NCBI GenBank assembly: GCA_964291395.2
Contig: OZ219856.1
Span: 2,112,001 to 2,176,000 of the forward strand
Origin: Alphaproteobacteria bacterium
GTDB lineage: Bacteria; Pseudomonadota; Alphaproteobacteria; UBA2966
Length of the DNA: 64,000 nt
Reading direction: 5' to 3'
Shown here: positions 59,294 to 64,000 of the stretch, one piece after another
Layout: each line of letters starts with the position of its first letter
How positions within the stretch are numbered: the first letter of the stretch is position 1
Made by a program: the position numbers and the translations under genes
The notes under the pieces: model-generated
Seen by the model: the letters and a program-made list of their open reading frames with translations, nothing else
Database searches by the model: none
What the model was told of the DNA's origin: nothing

Positions 59294-60226
59294 ATGCTCG
59301 ATCCGTTTGAGAAGTACAGCTTTCCGGTCGACATATGGGTACAGAACGGCATCGACTGGTTCACCTTGTACTTCCGCCCGTTCTTTCGCGCCATCCGCTG
59401 GCCTATCGCACATACCCTCGATGGGGTGGAAGCATTCCTCATCGTTTTCCCGCCGCTCATTTTCCTGATCTTGTTGCTCTTGATCGCATGGCAGATCGCA
59501 GGCCTGAGGGTGGCGGTGTTCACCGTGCTGGGAATGACCTTTCTCGGCTTCATCGGGGTCTGGAAAGCGACGATGACGACGATCGCCCTGATCGTCACCT
59601 CCGTCCTGTTCTGTGTCGCCATCGGGATTCCGCTCGGCATCTGGGCCGCGCGCAGCAATCGGGTCGACGCCTTCACCCGGCCAATCCTGGACGCCATGCA
59701 GACATGTCCGGGGTTCGTTTATCTCGTGCCGATCGTGATGCTGATCGGCATCGGCAACGTCGCCGGCGTGGCCGTGACAATCGTCTTTGCCCTACCTCCC
59801 GTCATCCGGTTGACCAACCTGGGAATCCGCCAGGTACCGGAAGAGGTCGTTGAAGCGGCCCGCGCGTTCGGCTCCTCGCCGCTTCAAATACTCCTCAAGA
59901 TCCAGCTTCCGCTCGCCATCCGCTCGATCATGTTAGGCGTCAATCAAACCCTGATGATGGCCCTTTCGATGGTAGTGATCGCATCGATGATCGCGGTCGA
60001 CGGACTGGGCATGTTGGTACTGCGCGGCATCGGGCGGCTGGACATGGGACTCGCGACGGTGGGCGGTGTCGGCATCATCGTACTCGCGATGATTCTGGAT
60101 CGTGTGACGCAAGCCGTTGGAAGGCCGGGCACGGAAACGGTTCGCTGGACCGAGCGGGGGCCCGTCGGACTCGCCTTGTCAGTGGGTCGCAATCTCTCCA
60201 ATAATGGACGGATCGCGCTGCGATGA
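59294..60226 (+). CDS. proW: Glycine betaine/proline-type ABC permease
   Basis: RPILDAMQT, IRLTNLGIRQV and GVNQTLMMALSMVVIASMI motifs. Confidence 0.92.
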   Translation: MLDPFEKYSFPVDIWVQNGIDWFTLYFRPFFRAIRWPIAHTLDGVEAFLIVFPPLIFLILLLLIAWQIAGLRVAVFTVLGMTFLGFIGVWKATMTTIALIVTSVLFCVAIGIPLGIWAARSNRVDAFTRPILDAMQTCPGFVYLVPIVMLIGIGNVAGVAVTIVFALPPVIRLTNLGIRQVPEEVVEAARAFGSSPLQILLKIQLPLAIRSIMLGVNQTLMMALSMVVIASMIAVDGLGMLVLRGIGRLDMGLATVGGVGIIVLAMILDRVTQAVGRPGTETVRWTERGPVGLALSVGRNLSNNGRIALR

Positions 60227-60346
60227 GCGGATACGGCGGAGCCCCATGTGATCGACAGAAGAATCGCAGGCGCAAACGCGGCTTGACGGAAGCCCCCATC
60301 GAAAAACGGCGCGTATTCAACGTTTGAGCAAGAAAGGGAGGCTTAA

Positions 60347-61384
60347 ATGCAAAGTCCAAGACGTGTCGCACTGGGAGCGATTCTGGGACTGGCGATCGGG
60401 GGCTTGCTCACCGGCGTCGGAGCACTGCATCAGCCCGGTTATGCCGCCGGCATGCCGGGCAAAGGGGTGACGGTCCGGCCTGTCCAGGGCACCGATCTCG
60501 AAAGTCGTTTTCAGATGGAGGTCGTCAGCATCGGCCTCGAGCGGCTGGGCTACGAGGTCGAAGAGATGAAGCTCATGCTCGGGCCACCCGCGTACCTGGC
60601 TATCGCCCAAGGGGACCTCGACTTCTATGCCGAGAACTGGGAGCCCCAGCACGATGCATTCATCCAGGCCGCCGGCGGGGATGAAAAGCTGACCACGCTC
60701 GGTGTCCTGATCTCCGGTGCCGGTCAGGGCTATCTCATCGACAAGCGCACGGCCGAGGAGTTCGGCATCACGAACATCGAGCAGTTGAAGGATCCGGAGA
60801 CCGCCAAGCTCTTCGACTCCGATGGCGACGGCAAGGCGAACCTCGCAGGTTGCCCGCCGGGATGGGGGTGCGAACTCATCATCGAGCACCAGATGGACGC
60901 CTACGGGCTCAGAGACACGGTGACCCATGATTCGGGCGACTGGGTTCCCATTCACGCCGATGCCGTGGCCCGCTACAGGGCGGGGGAACGGATCCTGTAC
61001 TACACGTACACGCCGCTGTGGCTCAATCGGTTGCTGGTGCCCGGCGAGGACGTCGAGTGGCTGGAGGTGCCCGAGGTGGCGATACCGGCCAAGTTGATGA
61101 AGGAGGGCGTCAGCACGAGCCTGCCCGACGGCCGCAACGTCGGCTGGTACGTCATCAACATCAGAATCACCGCCAACAACGATTTTCTCGCCAAGAACCC
61201 CGCAGCGAAGCGTTTCTTCGAGCTCGTCAACATCCCGCTACCCGACGTCGACGCACAGAACTACTTGATCTACGAGGGCGAGAAGTCGTTCCCGGACGTC
61301 CGCCGACACGCGGAAGAGTGGGTCGCGAAGAACGAAGAGCAATTCAACGCCTGGGTCGAGGAGGCGGCGAAGGCCGCGCAATAG
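60347..61384 (+). CDS. proX: Glycine betaine/proline-type substrate-binding protein
   Basis: QGYLIDKRTA, LFDSDGDGKANLAGCPPGWGCE and NPAAKRFFE motifs. Confidence 0.9.
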   Translation: MQSPRRVALGAILGLAIGGLLTGVGALHQPGYAAGMPGKGVTVRPVQGTDLESRFQMEVVSIGLERLGYEVEEMKLMLGPPAYLAIAQGDLDFYAENWEPQHDAFIQAAGGDEKLTTLGVLISGAGQGYLIDKRTAEEFGITNIEQLKDPETAKLFDSDGDGKANLAGCPPGWGCELIIEHQMDAYGLRDTVTHDSGDWVPIHADAVARYRAGERILYYTYTPLWLNRLLVPGEDVEWLEVPEVAIPAKLMKEGVSTSLPDGRNVGWYVINIRITANNDFLAKNPAAKRFFELVNIPLPDVDAQNYLIYEGEKSFPDVRRHAEEWVAKNEEQFNAWVEEAAKAAQ

Positions 61385-61413
61385 CGCAATCGTGGGGTCG
61401 TTTCAGTCTACTC

Positions 61414-61452
61414 GGGTGACGTAGCCGCAACCCGGCACGTCACCCATGTTTT
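61414..61452 (+). terminator. Terminator hairpin after proX
   Basis: gggtgacgt...acgtcaccc stem followed by atgtttt. Confidence 0.55.
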
Positions 61453-61518
61453 CCGGAAAAGACCGATCCCCGCGACTGTCGAACCGCCCCTGCCGGGGTC
61501 CGGTCCGGCCAACGACGA

Positions 61519-62433
61519 TCATGTCTTGTCTCCTTCAGCGGCGTTGGCGAAGTAAAGTCCGGCAAAAATCAGCAGCAGGCTGATGAGGTGGAACGGCTCG
61601 AACGTTTCATCAAGAAAGATCACGGCGAGGATCGCCGTGAAGAGCGGCGGCAGGAACAGGAACTGCCCGGCCCCCCGCGCACCCAACGCCTTGGCGCCCG
61701 CATTGAAGCAGGCGTAGGCGAGCACCGTGGGAAACACCCCGCAATAGGCGAGAAAGACGAGGTTGTCGGCGACCGGGTCGAAACGCCAGGGAGAGAAGAC
61801 GCCCGAGAAGTAGATCGCCCCGCTGACGAGGAACGCCGGCGGAATCATGGCCCAGAGCAACGCCAGGGAATCGATGTCCGGAGGCCGATAGCGCAGCAGG
61901 ATCGAGTAAACGGCCCAGACGACGATGCCGATCAGCATGACGAGATCGCCGAGGACGAATTCGACCTGCAGCAGCGTGGAGAGGCGCCCTTGGGTGACGA
62001 CGACGGCCACGCCGAGAAATCCGGAGGCCATTCCCAGCACCATCCGCCAGGATACCGGATCCCGGAAACAGAGCCACGAAAGCGCCACGATCCAGGCGGG
62101 CGTGGCCGTGTTGATGAGGGAGACATTGATCGACTTCGTCAGCCCGAGCGCGCCGTAAAGGAACTGCGGGAACAGCCCGATTCCCAGGACCCCCAGCACC
62201 GTGATGATCCTCCAGTGCCGGAGGATGGCGCGCCGTTGGCGGATGACGGGCCGGACGGCCCAGGGCGTCAACAACGTGAACGCCATCACCCAGGCCCAGA
62301 ACGCGAGACCGGTCGTGGGGACGTAAAAGCTGCCCGCGCGGCTGACCACGGCGTTGGCGCCCCAGAACAGCATGGAGCACGTCAGCAGAAAGCTGGGGAG
62401 CAGACGGCCCGCCCCTGAGGGGACTGCGTTCAT
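61519..62433 (-). CDS. DMT/EamA family transporter
   Basis: FWGANAVVSR motif; about ten TM helices in two repeats. Confidence 0.9.
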   Translation of the reverse strand: MNAVPSGAGRLLPSFLLTCSMLFWGANAVVSRAGSFYVPTTGLAFWAWVMAFTLLTPWAVRPVIRQRRAILRHWRIITVLGVLGIGLFPQFLYGALGLTKSINVSLINTATPAWIVALSWLCFRDPVSWRMVLGMASGFLGVAVVVTQGRLSTLLQVEFVLGDLVMLIGIVVWAVYSILLRYRPPDIDSLALLWAMIPPAFLVSGAIYFSGVFSPWRFDPVADNLVFLAYCGVFPTVLAYACFNAGAKALGARGAGQFLFLPPLFTAILAVIFLDETFEPFHLISLLLIFAGLYFANAAEGDKT

Positions 62434-62541
62434 GGCCGGGACATAGCACACGGTGACGGCCGCACACCAAACGTGGGGAACACGCCCTCCCGCCTGCGCG
62501 GCCGGGAGGAGGGAACGGAACTCGGAATCGAGTGCCGGCGC

Positions 62542-63348
62542 CTACTCGTGGGTCCAGACGGGCTTGCGTTTGCCGATGAACGCGTCGATGCCCTCGCCGG
62601 CGTCATGGAACATCATATTGCGCGCCATCTCTTCGCTCGCGCGCATGTACGCCGACTCCAGGTCCATCTCGAGCTGCTCGTAGAACACGCGCTTGCCGGC
62701 CTCGACGGCCGCCCGTGACTTGCCGAGGATGGAACGGCACAACCCCTCCAAGGCACCGTCGAGATCATCGGGCGGCGCCACACGGTTCACGAGGCCAGCC
62801 TCCCGAGCCTCCTCGGCGGACAGAAGGTCGCCAGTGAACAGCATCTCGAACGCCTTCTTGCGCTGCACGTTCCGGGTCACGGCGACACCGGGAGTCATGC
62901 AGAAAAGGCCGACGTTGATTCCGGAGGTGCCGAAGCGGGCGTCCGATGCGGCGACGGCGAGATCCGCATTGGCCACCAGCTGGCAGCCGGCCGCGGTGGC
63001 GATGCCGTGCACCCGTGCGATGACCGGCTGTGGCAGCCGCACCATGCTCAACATCATTCGGCTGCATTTCTTGAACAGGAATTCGTAGTAGTCCCGTTCG
63101 GGCCGCGCCCGCATCTCCTTGAGATCGTGCCCGGCACAAAACGCCTTGCCAGCAGCCGCGAGCACGACGACGCGCACCGACTTGTCCTCGGCGATGGCAT
63201 CGAGCTGACCCTGCAGGGACTCCAGCATGTCTTCGGACAGAGAGTTGTATTGCTCGGGCCGATTGAGAGTCAGTCGCGCGATCCCGTCCGAGTCCGCGCG
63301 GAGCAGGATCGATTCGACAGGTGGCAAACTTTCGGTCCGTGTACTCAT
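62542..63348 (-). CDS. Enoyl-CoA hydratase family protein
   Basis: LTLNRPEQYN, AFCAGHDLKEM and ATAAGCQLVA motifs. Confidence 0.93.
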   Translation of the reverse strand: MSTRTESLPPVESILLRADSDGIARLTLNRPEQYNSLSEDMLESLQGQLDAIAEDKSVRVVVLAAAGKAFCAGHDLKEMRARPERDYYEFLFKKCSRMMLSMVRLPQPVIARVHGIATAAGCQLVANADLAVAASDARFGTSGINVGLFCMTPGVAVTRNVQRKKAFEMLFTGDLLSAEEAREAGLVNRVAPPDDLDGALEGLCRSILGKSRAAVEAGKRVFYEQLEMDLESAYMRASEEMARNMMFHDAGEGIDAFIGKRKPVWTHE

Positions 63349-63433
63349 GACCGTTCCCCGTGAATGCGAGCCTCGTTGCGGCTCAAGGTAGCTCCGGCAC
63401 CGGGCAGCGGCAACCAACCGATCCGGATCGGTC

Positions 63434-64000
63434 TCACGTGCTCTCGTCCAGTCTCCGTCCTCTGGCGATCCGCGACATGATCGTCAACTCCTCGTCAGCC
63501 CAGCCTTTGTCCATCGCCTCCTGAAACACCGCGGCGGTCTCCTCGAGGATCGGCGCCGGCAGCCCGACATGGTGAGCCAGATCCCTGGCCAACTTCGCGT
63601 CCTTTGCGGAAACGGGCAACAAGCCCGCATTCGTCTTCTCGCCAGTTACGAGAGCCTCGGCGTAGCGCTCGAAGAACATGGAAAGACCGAGAGCCTTGGC
63701 TTCCATGACCAGACTGATGAACGAGTCCGTGTCGAGCCCCAGTCGCTCGCAGGTCACCAGCACCTCGGCCGTGAGTGCGGCGTGCCCCATGCCGATACCG
63801 TTCTGAAGGATTTTCATCGTGTGGGCGACGCCCGTGCCACCGACGTACCGGTAGCCGCGACCCATCGCCTCCAGGAACGGAGCAACCGCCCCCACGTATG
63901 CCTCCCCGCCCGAAACCGCGAAATAGACGTCCCTCTCGTGGGCCTGCAGCGGGATGCCGAAGATCGGGGCTTCCAAGTGATGGATTCCGTGTCCCGCCAG
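63434..64000 (-). CDS. NAD(P)-dependent oxidoreductase (3-hydroxyisobutyrate dehydrogenase family), 5' end outside the window
   Basis: LEAPIFG, SGG, MKILQN and KDAKLA motifs. Confidence 0.8.
   Translation of the reverse strand: MAGHGIHHLEAPIFGIPLQAHERDVYFAVSGGEAYVGAVAPFLEAMGRGYRYVGGTGVAHTMKILQNGIGMGHAALTAEVLVTCERLGLDTDSFISLVMEAKALGLSMFFERYAEALVTGEKTNAGLLPVSAKDAKLARDLAHHVGLPAPILEETAAVFQEAMDKGWADEELTIMSRIARGRRLDEST

Noticed and set aside
62455-62483. CGTGGGGAACAC resembling a CRISPR I-E repeat end
   Set aside because: Only half the repeat matches; no stem, leader or second copy.
1-64000. tRNA, rRNA, intact transposase, intact integrase or intact cas genes
   Set aside because: None recognised on either strand; a tRNAscan/Rfam run would be needed to exclude small RNAs.

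Overview
GC-rich (~65%) bacterial DNA, most likely alphaproteobacterial. The evidence is the icd/alaS/recA/dksA block, a GAAC-N7-GTAC SOS box at recA and a DksA lacking the four-Cys Zn finger. The gene content resembles host-associated (for example sponge-symbiont) Rhodospirillales-type genomes, which is inference only. The window holds six Rieske oxygenase alpha subunits, two Pot-type ABC sets, one polar amino acid ABC set, a ProVWX set, nirK, a PptH-like hydrolase/Sfp-type PPTase pair, a glutamine-synthetase-like cluster, a Fic gene and an HTH/PIN toxin-antitoxin insert. The most unusual part is 30.4-47.5 kb. It is bounded by an outer pair of 63-bp direct repeats and contains an inner pair of 57-bp direct repeats made of a tyrosine-recombinase 3' end plus a putative crossover site. 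It also carries the two ends of an apparently gutted type I-E CRISPR-Cas locus: a cas3 5' stub and a leader with a single repeat. Other oddities are a 5-aa duplication in RecA, an exact 124-bp tandem repeat upstream of recA, and a small-plasmid rep/iteron/IHF remnant between two GST genes. No rRNA or tRNA was recognised. All family calls come from motif recognition by eye, not database searches.
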